Origin: Polyangiaceae bacterium
Lineage (GTDB): Bacteria > Myxococcota_A > Polyangia > Polyangiales > Polyangiaceae
Direction of reading: 5' to 3'
Assembly (NCBI GenBank): GCA_033763455.1
Contig: JANRKO010000045.1
Location: 64,001 to 128,000, forward strand
Length of the DNA stretch: 64,000 nucleotides
Below are positions 18,781 to 29,709 of this stretch, one piece after another. The notes below the pieces were generated by a model. That model was not told the DNA's origin, searched no databases, and saw only the letters and a program-made list of their open reading frames with translations. Numbering within the stretch: the first letter of the stretch is position 1; every line of letters begins with the position of its first letter. The translations under genes were made by a program, and so were the position numbers.

Positions 18781-20679
18781 TCACCTTGTGGCTATCTGTT
18801 CGTCGCGAACATAAGTAAACGCTTCGCTCCGGGCCAACGCTCTAACCAACTCCAAGAACGACCCTTCGGATGCTAAGAACGCCTGAGACAAGTAGTCCCG
18901 GGTGCACACGTCCCCAGACCCGAGTGTTCTCGCCAACGCGTAAGTGAGCACCTTGCTCACGACGCACTGTTGAAGCGCGGGAGAAGATCGGAGTTTCTGC
19001 CCAAGAGCTGGAGCGCCAACGAAATCGGGAGAGGGGAACCCAGCGAGCGTTCCCGCATCGGAGACGTTGGGATCTTCTGTGTAGACTCCTATTCCGTCGT
19101 AACGAGCGAGCCCGAATCCGAGAGGTTCAAGGAGGGCATGGCAAGCCGAGCAAGCTGGATCCGTGCGGTGCCGCGCGAGCCGCTCACGTTCACCTTCATC
19201 TCTGATTTTCTCTGGAAGGGCTGGAATGGTTGGCGGGGGCTGAGGCAGCGTCTCACACAAGAGAACTTCGCGGATGTACTTTCCGCGCTCAATGGCCGGC
19301 GCTTGGTGCTGCCCCGTTGAAACAAGAAAGGATGGCTGCGTTAGGATCCCCGAGCGCTGGCCCGCCGGAAGCTCGGCGCGAACCCAACCGAGAGCCGCTG
19401 TGGAGGGCTCTGGAATCTTGTACACGTAGCTTGCAAGCTGCCAATCAATGATCGAGTAGGAAGCTGTGACCAAATCGAGGAAGTTGGCCTTGTCTCGCCA
19501 AATTAGATCCGAGACAAAGCGCAGTGTCTCCTCTTCGGACTTCGGTTGGAGTTCAAAGGTCCATCGGCCACCGTACTCGTTCTTGAATGGGCCGCCGGGA
19601 GCGGACTGCAGTATGCGGTCCGTCTTCAGCCACTGCTGGACGAGCGAACGGAGGCCCTCCTCGGCCCTCGCATCGTTCAGCATCAGATCAACCGTGTTGG
19701 CAAGCGCAACAGGCCCTTCCAGTTCTCCAGCAGCCGCCCGATCCAGCAGGCCCGAATCCGGGGCCGTGCCCCACAAGAAATAGGCTAGCCGCGACGCAAG
19801 CTCGTAGCCGCCCAGGCGCAGCAATTCGGGCCGCCTCGGATCCTTAGTCCCGCTTTCATGACGGAAGAGAAACTTTGGCGATTGCAGAACCGCCTCTATC
19901 ACTAGCTGCGCGCCGGAGTAGGGGCTCGGCCCCGGGGATTGCGCCAGCGCCAGAAAAGCGGAGTTCTCTTCAACGGTTAACGGACGCCGGTACGCCAGGC
20001 GCCCAAATCGACTGACAAAATCCTGCAAGCACGCCGCGCGGGCCGTTCCCTCCAGGCTACACCCGATCACCTTATCTCGTCGTTTCGGATCGGCAACGAC
20101 CGCACCTGCTATACGCTCGGCCTGATTCAGGTACTGGCTGGCGTGTTCCACTGAAATATCGACCACTTCAGCGTTATTGTCGAACCCACCGATTGTGGAA
20201 TCTTGGGGAAAATCAGACGAGGGCGTGGGGAGCGCCTCAAAGTGAACGTCGCGAACGATTCGCCAACCGCGTTGAAAGTTCTCCCCAAGCAGATCACGAA
20301 CAGAATTGTCGTACTCACGATTGGTTAACTTGCGAATAAATGATGGACCGGGGTCAAGTTGTTCAAGGCTGCAGGTATACGGCCAAGGCTGAGGCGGAAC
20401 TGTCCCCTGCATACCGCCAGCGGCGCTGCCTACTCCCCCTCCCCCCACGCCGGAGGCCGCCCCACCGATGCCCGACGGTTCGGGTGTTAAGCGAGCGCCT
20501 CCGCTGGCTCCACCGGTTGGACTCGCAGCGCTTGAGCCCACTTGACCGTTATCGGGCACTGACGTGCTGCAGCCCAACAGGCAAAAAACAAACGATGCAC
20601 CCAAGATCACCGATCGAAGCCTGGCGGGGCGGCGAGCGCCCCTTACGCGGGAGGGGGCGGCAAAAAGAAGGAGTGCCAT
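18781..20679 (-). CDS. DUF1592/DUF1588-type CxxCH lipoprotein (cassette 1)
   Basis: Lipobox LLGC, RKLTNREY, AYRRPL, LQSPKFLF, ELASRLAYFLW, RG..IR..LLC..PQPPP, CSACH. Confidence 0.9.
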   Translation of the reverse strand: MALLLFAAPSRVRGARRPARLRSVILGASFVFCLLGCSTSVPDNGQVGSSAASPTGGASGGARLTPEPSGIGGAASGVGGGGVGSAAGGMQGTVPPQPWPYTCSLEQLDPGPSFIRKLTNREYDNSVRDLLGENFQRGWRIVRDVHFEALPTPSSDFPQDSTIGGFDNNAEVVDISVEHASQYLNQAERIAGAVVADPKRRDKVIGCSLEGTARAACLQDFVSRFGRLAYRRPLTVEENSAFLALAQSPGPSPYSGAQLVIEAVLQSPKFLFRHESGTKDPRRPELLRLGGYELASRLAYFLWGTAPDSGLLDRAAAGELEGPVALANTVDLMLNDARAEEGLRSLVQQWLKTDRILQSAPGGPFKNEYGGRWTFELQPKSEEETLRFVSDLIWRDKANFLDLVTASYSIIDWQLASYVYKIPEPSTAALGWVRAELPAGQRSGILTQPSFLVSTGQHQAPAIERGKYIREVLLCETLPQPPPTIPALPEKIRDEGERERLARHRTDPACSACHALLEPLGFGLARYDGIGVYTEDPNVSDAGTLAGFPSPDFVGAPALGQKLRSSPALQQCVVSKVLTYALARTLGSGDVCTRDYLSQAFLASEGSFLELVRALARSEAFTYVRDEQIATR

Positions 20680-20684
20680 GAAGA

Positions 20685-20714
20685 GTGAGTGGGCGCGGGA
20701 GGAGCGCAGGGTTA
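20685..20714 (-). promoter_or_regulatory. Putative ECF promoter TAACCC-N17-CACTCAC, 5 nt before the cassette 1 ATG
   Basis: Identical motif and spacing at 44465-44494 (+) and 47764-47793 (-). Confidence 0.75.
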
Positions 20715-20796
20715 GTTTTCCTCACCGCACGGAAACAAAATCCACGGCACCGGCGATTCTGTCAGAAAATGCCGCCTGTTCCGGCATTGAGCACCT

Positions 20797-22536
20797 ATGG
20801 AACCACAGAACGAAGGCTTGGGGCGCGGGTGCTGCGGTGCGGTACTAGCCCTGTGCGCGTGTCTTGCCGCTCAGCTGAGCTGCTCAGTCGGCACCCCTGG
20901 TAGGGTCCCAGCCAGCCAGGGCCCTCCGCCAGGTTCGGGCGTTGGCCCAAGCGTTCCCAGCGGCGCAGGTGGAGAGGGTTCGGGCCTAGGGGGTGGCCAA
21001 CCTGAACGAGCGGACCAACGGGCTTCCGGAAATCAGCTACGGCTTCGATTGCTCACGAGGTCCGAATACTTAGATACGGTCAGCCAGCTCTTCGGGAGCG
21101 TGTCAGTGCCAAAGCTACCGGACGATACGAGTGTTGCGGGCTTTCGATCCATCGGATCCGCGAAGGTGAGCTTGAGCACGAATGCCATCGAAGCCTACGC
21201 GGCAGCAGCCCGCAGTGTTGTAAGCGAAGTGTTCAGAACAGATACACGCTGGCGCGCGCATGTTGGATGCGAGCCAACACCCGACCTCACGGACGCGTGC
21301 ACAGCAGCCTACATCGCTCGCTTCGGGCGGCTAGCCTATCGGCGCGCACTGACACCGGAAGAGTCGATGAAGTGGATTGCTCTCGCGGTGAAGTTGGCCG
21401 CTATCTCGGGGGCGCCCGCGCCGGCCCTATCCGAGCTCACAGCAAGCATGCTTCAGTCGCCGAACTTCCTGTACCGCGTGGAGCGCGCCGTCGGCGACGG
21501 TACCTCCCCTCGATATAAGTTCCAGGCCTATTCAGTGGCAACGCGCTTGGCGTTTATTCTCACCGGAGCAGGGCCGAGCGATGCCCTGCTTACCGCGGCC
21601 GAACAAGGTGCCCTCGACACCCCAATCAGCGTACGCCAGGCAGCCGAAGCCCTGCTGGCCGACCCCCGAGCGGATAAGCATCTGGCGGAGTTTTTTCTTG
21701 AGTTGGCCGGAGTCGAGGGTGTCGAGCTTGTGGGTAAGTCAGCTGAGTATGTTACATTCAATGCTGAACTCAGATCTTCCCTGCTAACCGAGACCCAGCT
21801 GTTCGTGCAGGACGCGGTGCTTGGCCCCGGTGCTGATGCACTGTCCTTCTTCGACAGTTCGCGGACCTACATCAATGAATCCGTAGCAGCTCTTTACGGC
21901 GTCGTCCCAAGTGGCGCAGGTTTTCAGCCCTACGATCTGCCACCAGAGAGTGGGCGCACTGGCATCTTGGGAAAGGCTAGTTTTCTTGCAGCTCATGCAG
22001 GTGCCTCCGGCAGTTCGCCAACAAAGCGAGGTGTCTTCATCCTCCAAGGCCTTATGTGCCAGCCCCCCCCTTCCCCACCGCCTGGAGTCGATACATCCTT
22101 GGCGGAAGAACCGTCAGGCACGCCTCGAACAACGCGGATGAAGTTCGAAGATCATCAAGCGAAGCCCGCGTGCGCAGGGTGCCACGCGATAACGGACTCG
22201 TACGGCTTTGCACTTGAACACTTCGACGCCATCGGTCGCTATCGCATCACGGACAACGGGCTTCCCGTGAATTCCGCCACGGTCATCAATGGAACACCCG
22301 TCAATGGACTGCTTGAATTGGCCGCGCTTCTGAGAACCGACCCCGAGACGCAAAGTTGTCTCGCCAGAAGGTTCTACCGATACGCAACCGCCACCGCAAT
22401 GAATATCGCGGACGAAAACGTGGTCAACGGCTTGGCAGGGAGCTTCGCCGGGCAGCCCCTCGACTGGCGTAAGTTCATCGTCAACTTTGCGGGCAGCGAA
22501 GCGTTTCTATCGACCGTAGCGGACACCCGAATCTGA
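20797..22536 (+). CDS. DUF1592/DUF1588-type CxxCH lipoprotein (cassette 2)
   Basis: RLLTRSEY, AYRRAL, LQSPNFLY, SPTKRG..LMC..PPSPPP, CAGCH. Confidence 0.9.
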   Translation: MEPQNEGLGRGCCGAVLALCACLAAQLSCSVGTPGRVPASQGPPPGSGVGPSVPSGAGGEGSGLGGGQPERADQRASGNQLRLRLLTRSEYLDTVSQLFGSVSVPKLPDDTSVAGFRSIGSAKVSLSTNAIEAYAAAARSVVSEVFRTDTRWRAHVGCEPTPDLTDACTAAYIARFGRLAYRRALTPEESMKWIALAVKLAAISGAPAPALSELTASMLQSPNFLYRVERAVGDGTSPRYKFQAYSVATRLAFILTGAGPSDALLTAAEQGALDTPISVRQAAEALLADPRADKHLAEFFLELAGVEGVELVGKSAEYVTFNAELRSSLLTETQLFVQDAVLGPGADALSFFDSSRTYINESVAALYGVVPSGAGFQPYDLPPESGRTGILGKASFLAAHAGASGSSPTKRGVFILQGLMCQPPPSPPPGVDTSLAEEPSGTPRTTRMKFEDHQAKPACAGCHAITDSYGFALEHFDAIGRYRITDNGLPVNSATVINGTPVNGLLELAALLRTDPETQSCLARRFYRYATATAMNIADENVVNGLAGSFAGQPLDWRKFIVNFAGSEAFLSTVADTRI

Positions 22537-22554
22537 GTTGAAGGACGCGTTCGT

Positions 22555-23925
22555 ATGCTGAAGAAATTGAAGGTCAGTAGGCGTATGGCTTTAAGGGGTG
22601 CGGTATCAGGAGCTGCGGTAGCAATCTGGCTGCCCGTGCTCGACGCAATGACGAACGAGCACGGTGAGTCTTTCGCCCAAGGAGAACCGCTTCCGACAAC
22701 CTTCGGCGTCTTTTTCTGGGGGAATGGCGTCCAAAAGGCCCACTGGACGCCCGAGGGCGCTCCGGGCGCTGGATGGGCCCTTCCACGCAATCTGGTTGCT
22801 TTTGAGCCTATAAAACACAGGCTAACGTTGCTTACCGGGTTGAAAATGCTGGATGGCGGGCAGCGGGGGCACGGAGCGGGAGTACTGTATGTGCTCTGTG
22901 GTGGTAACCACAGCATGGCCGTAACAAAAAGCGATATCGATTTCGAGCCATACGGCTTCGAACGACACACCTCAACGCAGTCCATCCCAACGATCGATCA
23001 GATTGTTGCCGATGATCTAGAAAAGCGGAGCCCTTCAACCTTTAGATCGCTTGAAACGGGCGCCCTTGCGTACCGGGGTATGAACATGGGCACAGTAAGC
23101 ACGGCGCTCGCACACCGCGGACCCTACGACGTCTTGCCACCTGAGAGAGACCCTGTGGCCCTCTACGACCGACTGTTTTCTGGCCTGGGCAGTCCCGCGA
23201 GTGCGATTGTCCTGCAAATGCACAAGAGCTCCTTGGACGCCGTACGCGACGACCTTGAACGACTCAAGATGCAGGTTGGCGCCGTGGACGCCGCGCGCGT
23301 GGATCGGCATATGGAGGGGATTAGAGAGATAGAAAGCCGACTGGTAGCTACTGGGAGAATCGATGGAAACTGCCAGCCCTCTCGACCCGGTGTTCTTGGC
23401 GAGGACGGAATGTTGCTCACCCAGCGGAGCCAAGCTATCAATCGGCTCGTCGGGGCGGCTCTCGGATGCAATTTGACTAGGGTCTATACTCACCTGTGGT
23501 CCGGCGCTCGCGACGACAACACGTACCCCATTCTCGGAATCAACATAGAGCACCACGGGCTCACGCACGATGGGCCAGCATCTAACCTTCTTGCTTCCGA
23601 CATCGAGCGCTACATCATGGAGCAGTACGCAGATCTGGCCATCGTGCTCGATCAAACACCAATGGGTGCCAGCACGCTATTGGACAGGACGATTAACTTT
23701 GGCGTGACCGAAGTCGCAGACCCTGCCACCCACGTCCACGAGGATTACCACCTTCTCGTTGTGGGCGGCGGAGCAGGCCGCATCAAGGGTGATCAATTTC
23801 TGGTGCTACAAGGCCGCAAGATAACTGAGGTTCAGCTGACGCTCCTGCAAACCATGGGCCTCAACATTACCGAATGGGGCAACTGGGACCACACGATGAA
23901 AACTGTGCCCGAGCTACTTACATAA
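22555..23925 (+). CDS. DUF1552-type Tat-exported His-rich protein (cassette 2)
   Basis: VSRRMALRG, FWGNG, TIDQ, EHHGLTH, LLDRT...TE...THVHE. Confidence 0.9.
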   Translation: MLKKLKVSRRMALRGAVSGAAVAIWLPVLDAMTNEHGESFAQGEPLPTTFGVFFWGNGVQKAHWTPEGAPGAGWALPRNLVAFEPIKHRLTLLTGLKMLDGGQRGHGAGVLYVLCGGNHSMAVTKSDIDFEPYGFERHTSTQSIPTIDQIVADDLEKRSPSTFRSLETGALAYRGMNMGTVSTALAHRGPYDVLPPERDPVALYDRLFSGLGSPASAIVLQMHKSSLDAVRDDLERLKMQVGAVDAARVDRHMEGIREIESRLVATGRIDGNCQPSRPGVLGEDGMLLTQRSQAINRLVGAALGCNLTRVYTHLWSGARDDNTYPILGINIEHHGLTHDGPASNLLASDIERYIMEQYADLAIVLDQTPMGASTLLDRTINFGVTEVADPATHVHEDYHLLVVGGGAGRIKGDQFLVLQGRKITEVQLTLLQTMGLNITEWGNWDHTMKTVPELLT

Positions 23926-23986
23926 CCAACCTCAACCAGCCAAAGATTGCTTCGAACTCGTCACTGCACCGAAAGCCACCACTCCT

Positions 23987-25003
23987 ATGCACCTTACCAA
24001 GATCGCTTTCGCCTCCCTCGCCGTCGTGTGTAGCTGCAGCAGTACCCCAAGCGCTGGGCCAGCACCAAGCCCAGGAGCAGGCGCCGCCTTGGGTGGCTCC
24101 GCAAGTGGTGGAGCACGGAGTGCACCCTCCGGGCAATCCATGACAGGTACAACTGGTGGGGATTCCACATCTGGAAGCACTCCACCCGCCGGTGGCACCG
24201 CCACGATTGGTGGAGCGTCTGGCTACGGTGGCGGGAGCGAACTGGGTGGCGCGGGGACCATGCTTATGGGTGGCGCAGGCGGGGCCGCCGGCGCGGTCGC
24301 TGCCGGCCCATACGCACCTCGCAGTGGGTCATTCAAGATGCTGGTCTATTCAAGCACCCGGGGGTACCGGCACTACAGCTCAATCGATGCGGGCAAAATA
24401 ATGCTCCAGCAGATCGCGAACGAGCAGAACTTCGAGCTCACTTTAACCGAAAACAACGACCTTATTACACCGGCAGGCCTCGCGAATTACGAAATCATAT
24501 TCATGCTGAACCCGACTGGCGATATCTTCAACGATGAGCAACAGAGCGTATTTGTCAATTGGCTTACGAATGGTGGTGCCATCGCGGGCACGCACTCCAT
24601 GACGGATACGGAAAAGGATTGGCCGTTCTACACGGATATGGTCGGCCAGTCCTTCGAGCGGCACGTTTCCTGCTGCGATTCTGGGCGCGTCGATTTCGAG
24701 CCCGGCGTGGGTAACCATCCAGCGCTAGCGGGGCTCCCTAGCCCCTGGACGCTTAACGAGGAGTGGTACTTCTTCAGTGCTTGGCCAAACTGGATCAATA
24801 AGCCAGGGTTCAAGGTCCTCGGACGCGTAACTTCTGGGGACATCGTGAATCAACCAATCATGTGGACTCGCGAGTGGAATTCCTATCGACTCTTTTACAC
24901 CGCCCTAGGTCATGAAGCGTTCGCATTCGAAGATCCGAACGTAAAGAAGCACATTACCGGCGGAATCATGTGGGCAGTCCGCCGCGACCACCTGATACGC
25001 TAA
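23987..25003 (+). CDS. ThuA-like (class I glutamine amidotransferase-like) domain lipoprotein (cassette 2 partner)
   Basis: Gly-rich linker, LVYSSTRGYRH.SSI, GTHS, EEWY.F, RLFYTALGH. Confidence 0.9.
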   Translation: MHLTKIAFASLAVVCSCSSTPSAGPAPSPGAGAALGGSASGGARSAPSGQSMTGTTGGDSTSGSTPPAGGTATIGGASGYGGGSELGGAGTMLMGGAGGAAGAVAAGPYAPRSGSFKMLVYSSTRGYRHYSSIDAGKIMLQQIANEQNFELTLTENNDLITPAGLANYEIIFMLNPTGDIFNDEQQSVFVNWLTNGGAIAGTHSMTDTEKDWPFYTDMVGQSFERHVSCCDSGRVDFEPGVGNHPALAGLPSPWTLNEEWYFFSAWPNWINKPGFKVLGRVTSGDIVNQPIMWTREWNSYRLFYTALGHEAFAFEDPNVKKHITGGIMWAVRRDHLIR

Positions 25004-25038
25004 ATCATTGGGGCGATTGGGCAGAGAGGGCTAACGCG

Positions 25039-26757
25039 ATGCACTTGGAATTCACGTATCACACACACGCCCTTCTTGGCGCATTACTCGTGCTGACGGG
25101 CTGTTCAAGCGAAGTACGTCGCGAACCACCATCCCCTGCTTCCCCAATGAGCACTCTCGCGTCCTCGGGTGGCAATGGCAGTCAGCCGCCGCAGGGTACA
25201 GGAGGCTCCGCCGGGTTGAACGCGTCCAGCGGGGGAACCAGCGCCGGACCCCCTCCCACAACTATCCGAGCTGGGGCCTGTGAGGTTGCGCTTCCAGCCC
25301 GGCGCCTTCGGCGACTAGCTAACGCTCAAATGGAGCAAGCCATTGCCGACTTACTCGGGCCAGCCTCCAGGCCTAGTATTACGGCGGGAGCACGGAGTAC
25401 ACGTCCTCTCTTTGACGACCCGGATGCGCCGGTGAGCACATCGCTTCTGGCTCAGCTGCATTCAGAGAGCGAACGCATTGGGGGAGAAATAGCAAATGGC
25501 AAGTTCACATCTCTTACTGGATGCAACGAAACCGCACTGATCGATACGTGTGTGAGTGGGTTTATTGCTCGCCTAGGGGAACGCGCCTTTCGAAGGCCGC
25601 TTAGCGCCTTGGAGTTGCAGGAGCTCTCCGCTGTCTTTAACGAAGGTGGCATGGACGGTGCGGGAGCAGCCCTTGAGCTTCTGCTGCGTGCCGTGTTCAC
25701 TGCGCCATCCTTTGTCTGGGTGACGGAATTTGGCACTCAAGTTCCTGGGTCGAATCGTGCGGAACTCACGCCTCACGAAGTGGCGGCGCAGCTGGGCCTA
25801 TCGCTTCTTGATTCTGTACCCGACGATGCCCTCTTGGCAGCAGCAGAAAGCGGAGCTCTTTCGACCGAGGTAGGCTTACGCGCCCAGGTGGATCGCTTGC
25901 TTTCAGAACCGGTAGTTCAAGCGGGCCTTACGGCGGTTTTTCGTCGTGCGTTCATGCTCGAAGATATTGCTATCGCAGAAAAAGACCAAGCCAAGTATCC
26001 GGAGTTTGGCAGTGTGCTGCGATCGGCCTTCGCAGAGGAAGCGAGGCTGTTTATTGAACACCAGGTTTGGGGGAGCAGCGGAACCCCCACTTCACTTCTC
26101 ACCACTCAATCAAGTTTTGGAAATCAGGCTCTTGCCGACTTCTATGGAGCGAGTCGCAACGGCCCGGCAGAGGCTTTTGTGCCTATGCAACTGCCCGCCG
26201 AACGCTCGGGGCTGCTAACCCTCGGCAGCGTGCTTGCAGCGCGAGCTACCGCGGTGGACACGTCAGTCGTTCGCAGGGGATTGTTTGTGCGCAGGGCACT
26301 CGCGTGCCTCGATGAGGTGCCCTCGCCATCTCCGGCCCTAGCGGGCCAAATAGCTACCCAAACGGCGAACTACACCACGGAGCGCGACAGGGCTGCCGCA
26401 CGCGCTAGCTCAAGCACGTGCGGACCGTGCCACACGACGTTCGATGGCTTTGGTCTCGTCCTGGAGGGGTTCGATTCGATCGGTAGGTTTCGGCGCGCAG
26501 AGCAACAGCCCGTGCCCCTTGCTTTTGGAGGAGCGCTCACCGCAGACTTCACCGGAGCGCCAGATCTTGCGCAACGCCTTGCGTCGGGCGGGCGCTTTGC
26601 GAGCTGTGTCAGTCGCGAACTCCTGAGCTACCTGGTTGCGGCTCCGGCTACGTCGGCTTGTGAGGCGCCCGCAACTGAGGCCTCGCTTGCGGATACACTT
26701 CGAACCTTACTTGCATCCAACGCGATGCGTGAACGCTCGCTCGGAGGTTCTCAATGA
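25039..26757 (+). CDS. DUF1592/DUF1588-type CxxCH lipoprotein (cassette 3)
   Basis: Lipobox LTGC, RRLANAQ, AFRRPL, SVVRRG..LAC..PSP, CGPCH; ATG 25039. Confidence 0.9.
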   Translation: MHLEFTYHTHALLGALLVLTGCSSEVRREPPSPASPMSTLASSGGNGSQPPQGTGGSAGLNASSGGTSAGPPPTTIRAGACEVALPARRLRRLANAQMEQAIADLLGPASRPSITAGARSTRPLFDDPDAPVSTSLLAQLHSESERIGGEIANGKFTSLTGCNETALIDTCVSGFIARLGERAFRRPLSALELQELSAVFNEGGMDGAGAALELLLRAVFTAPSFVWVTEFGTQVPGSNRAELTPHEVAAQLGLSLLDSVPDDALLAAAESGALSTEVGLRAQVDRLLSEPVVQAGLTAVFRRAFMLEDIAIAEKDQAKYPEFGSVLRSAFAEEARLFIEHQVWGSSGTPTSLLTTQSSFGNQALADFYGASRNGPAEAFVPMQLPAERSGLLTLGSVLAARATAVDTSVVRRGLFVRRALACLDEVPSPSPALAGQIATQTANYTTERDRAAARASSSTCGPCHTTFDGFGLVLEGFDSIGRFRRAEQQPVPLAFGGALTADFTGAPDLAQRLASGGRFASCVSRELLSYLVAAPATSACEAPATEASLADTLRTLLASNAMRERSLGGSQ

Positions 26758-28118
26758 CACACTCTCGAAATCTGACGCGGCGCGCGTTGCTGGCATCGCT
26801 TGGTGCAGGTTCCGCACTTTACGGGCTTTTCACTTCGATGGAGTCCGCAGCGCAGGGCAGCACGGCCAAGCGCCTGCTCGTCTTGGCTCACCCTATTGGC
26901 TCGGTCCGCCCGAGTTGGCTCCCGGTAACAACTGCGGGAAATCTCACGCTCAGCCCTATCCTTGCCCCGTTCGAGCCAGTGAAGCGCAACATGGTCGTTC
27001 TCGATGGGCTCGACCTCGTGGGGGATGGCGGTGGCGGCCTCCACGAATCGGGCACTGTGCTCATCGGAACCGGCTCACCGACGATCGCCAAGCAGCAGGG
27101 TGCGGGTGGCTCAGATGATTGCGCGCCTACGGCACCCTCAATGGATCAAATCCTGTTGAACAAATCCCCATTTCTCGGGGGACGTCCGGTGGGTTCACTC
27201 CAGCTCGCCGCGGACAATCGCGTTGAAGATCAGGGAATTTCTTGTGCTGTTCTTTCCTACCGCAGCCCCACAGATTACCTTTACCCAGAGCTTGATCCGA
27301 ACAAGGTCTACCAACAAGTGTTTGGCAACGTAATGCCAGGAGGGCCATCGCCCAGCAATATGGCTGCCCTAGCGCGCGCGCGGGCTCGACAGCAAAGCGT
27401 GCTGGATTTCTCAAAGCGTGATCTCGCTCGTTTAGAGCAGGCCGCACCCGCAAGCGAAAAGGTGAAGATAGATGCCTTCGCGACTGCGATTCGCGAACTA
27501 GAAACCACCTTTGATGCGCAGGCCAACCCCGGAGGAAGCGGTTCTGCGTGCCAACCGGGTATGGCTCCAGCACCATTCACACCGAACGTGAGTGAGTCCC
27601 ACGGCGCAGTGGGCCAGGCCCTCCTAGCAATCATCCGGACGGCGTTCGCGTGCGATCTCACCCGCGTAGCCAGCTTCTTGTGGGCTCCTGGCACCAGCGT
27701 AGTTACCTTCTCCGGCCTCTTTCCCGGCATGGAGACGGTTGCACATCACCCACACAGTCACGCGGGGGACAGAGCGATTCCAGAACTGACGGCTATTGAC
27801 ACGTGGTATTCGGAACAAACCTCCCTCTTTCTCCAGTCGTTGGCGCAGACACCGGACGGTACAGGTACTCTTCTAGACAACACGCTGGTGCTTTACGTCA
27901 CTGAGGTGGCCAGGGCAAATCACAGCTTTGAACAGCTCCCGATCGTCGTGTTCGGTGGCCCAGGGGTGGGCATTCGGCAGGCGGGCCGTATGGTTCAATA
28001 CCAACCACGTCCTTTCAACGATCTCTGGCTGGCCGTGGCGAATCAGTTCGGCGTGCCAATGGCTTCCCTCGGGTCAGCCCAACAGTGGAGTGGTCCGCTA
28101 CCGAACCTCTTCGCCTAG
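26754..28118 (+). CDS. DUF1552-type Tat-exported His-rich protein (cassette 3)
   Basis: LTRRALLAS, SMDQ, ACDLTRV, HHPHSH, LLDNTLVLYVTE..NH; ATGA overlap. Confidence 0.9.
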   Translation: MTHSRNLTRRALLASLGAGSALYGLFTSMESAAQGSTAKRLLVLAHPIGSVRPSWLPVTTAGNLTLSPILAPFEPVKRNMVVLDGLDLVGDGGGGLHESGTVLIGTGSPTIAKQQGAGGSDDCAPTAPSMDQILLNKSPFLGGRPVGSLQLAADNRVEDQGISCAVLSYRSPTDYLYPELDPNKVYQQVFGNVMPGGPSPSNMAALARARARQQSVLDFSKRDLARLEQAAPASEKVKIDAFATAIRELETTFDAQANPGGSGSACQPGMAPAPFTPNVSESHGAVGQALLAIIRTAFACDLTRVASFLWAPGTSVVTFSGLFPGMETVAHHPHSHAGDRAIPELTAIDTWYSEQTSLFLQSLAQTPDGTGTLLDNTLVLYVTEVARANHSFEQLPIVVFGGPGVGIRQAGRMVQYQPRPFNDLWLAVANQFGVPMASLGSAQQWSGPLPNLFA

Positions 28119-28242
28119 TAGCGCCAATCAGCCGCCACCAAAATGTTGCGCTCACGGGCAGCTTCCGGGCGCATTCTCTCAAGACGATAATTTTTCTGAA
28201 TAGGATCAGAAAACTCGGAGCGTTCAGGCATGCAACCCGGAG

Positions 28243-29709
28243 ATGACTGCGCCAGCTCCATCCATCACACTTGGGTTGCTTTGTTGTTCCCTCCTCGCGC
28301 TGCCGCAGTGTTCCAACGCGGCCACTGAGCGAAAGGATCTTCCGAATGCTCCCCCTCTAGTAGGAAGTTCAGCCCCCAGCGCGCATAGCGCATCCGCATC
28401 CATGCCCTCCACTTCGGTGGCACCTACCGCTCCCTCAACACTCCCACAGACGGGCCAGGGAGGAGCTACTCCGTCGCTGCCGACAGCCACCGTACCGCCC
28501 AACGATCAAACACCAGCCACGGTGCTGCCCTTCGGGGAAACTGGAAGCAATCCTGGGGGCGCATGCGCCGGCATCGTGGTGGAAGAAAAGTTCGTCCCTC
28601 TTTGCCCTCAAGGAAACTGTAGCGGTCCGCGCGTGGGCGATCCCGGGTCGGTCTTCGCGCCCGAATTAGCCTCAGCAGATTATCCCTTTAGCCTCGAAAC
28701 CACTTCGGGTGGCAACTGCGACGAACCTGAAGGGTGGGCGCGCGCAGGGGTCGAGGGAGGCATTCCTGAGTTAGGTGCGGCCTCCATGACCGCGGGCCCG
28801 GGTGATGATCTACAGGCTGCACTCAATTCCTTGGCCCAGCCCGTAGCAACCACTCCGCGCATCTTGCTCCTACGGAACGGGTGCTACGAGCTCGGCTCAG
28901 TTCCAGAGGGAGACGCTCTCCTCACCGTACCAACAGGTGTGGTGCTGCGCGGCGAGTCGCGCGATGGTGTGGTGCTTAGCTTCAACGTAGCTGACGGCAC
29001 TGGAAAGAGCTCGATACGCGTGAATGGCGGCGCCGGCCTTGAGAACCTGACCGTCACCAACGCGTTCGTCCTGCGCCAGCCCGAAGAGGCCTACGTCGGC
29101 CGCCTTGAGTCCGGCGACAAGTCTTTTAGCGGCAACTACCCGGACTTACCCGGTAAGCTCGCGGGCGTCGCCCTCTCGGGGAAAAACGCCTGGATGCAAC
29201 ACACACACATCTACAAGACGGGCACCAATCCCGTAAGTACGTGGGGCTGCAACCACTGCACTCTGCGCGATAACATTGTTGAGAAAAGCTACAACAAAGG
29301 GGTCGATGGCAACGGTTATTACTATATCGGAGCCACAACCAACTCACTCTTTTACCACGAAAGCGTGAGCGATATTCGCCACTTTGCCTTCAACACACTC
29401 GGTTCGAAGAACTGCAACAACGTGATTCTTTCCCTCTACACCGAAGTTGATATCAACTACCACTCTGATCAAATCGCCCGCACGCTCGTCGAGAACGTCG
29501 TCTCGAATGTGCCTGCAAGCCATTATTGGGGGCGAGAAGAAGCGTTCGGATTCAACGGCAAAGGCATGAACTCATCCAACCTTCACTACAAGATTAACAA
29601 ATTTCCCGATCTGCAAGTGTATCGATTTACATCAGACGGGCAGAAGCACCCGCTGGATGTTCCTCCGCCCGCATCGGGAACGCTGTATCCCGTTAGCGGT
29701 TGGCGCTAG
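28243..29709 (+). CDS. Lipoprotein with right-handed beta-helix (pectin lyase-like) domain (cassette 3 partner)
   Basis: Ser/Pro/Thr linker, WARAGVEGGIP, DLQAALN...LRNG.Y...VVLRGE, Asn-rich repeats. Confidence 0.7.
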   Translation: MTAPAPSITLGLLCCSLLALPQCSNAATERKDLPNAPPLVGSSAPSAHSASASMPSTSVAPTAPSTLPQTGQGGATPSLPTATVPPNDQTPATVLPFGETGSNPGGACAGIVVEEKFVPLCPQGNCSGPRVGDPGSVFAPELASADYPFSLETTSGGNCDEPEGWARAGVEGGIPELGAASMTAGPGDDLQAALNSLAQPVATTPRILLLRNGCYELGSVPEGDALLTVPTGVVLRGESRDGVVLSFNVADGTGKSSIRVNGGAGLENLTVTNAFVLRQPEEAYVGRLESGDKSFSGNYPDLPGKLAGVALSGKNAWMQHTHIYKTGTNPVSTWGCNHCTLRDNIVEKSYNKGVDGNGYYYIGATTNSLFYHESVSDIRHFAFNTLGSKNCNNVILSLYTEVDINYHSDQIARTLVENVVSNVPASHYWGREEAFGFNGKGMNSSNLHYKINKFPDLQVYRFTSDGQKHPLDVPPPASGTLYPVSGWR

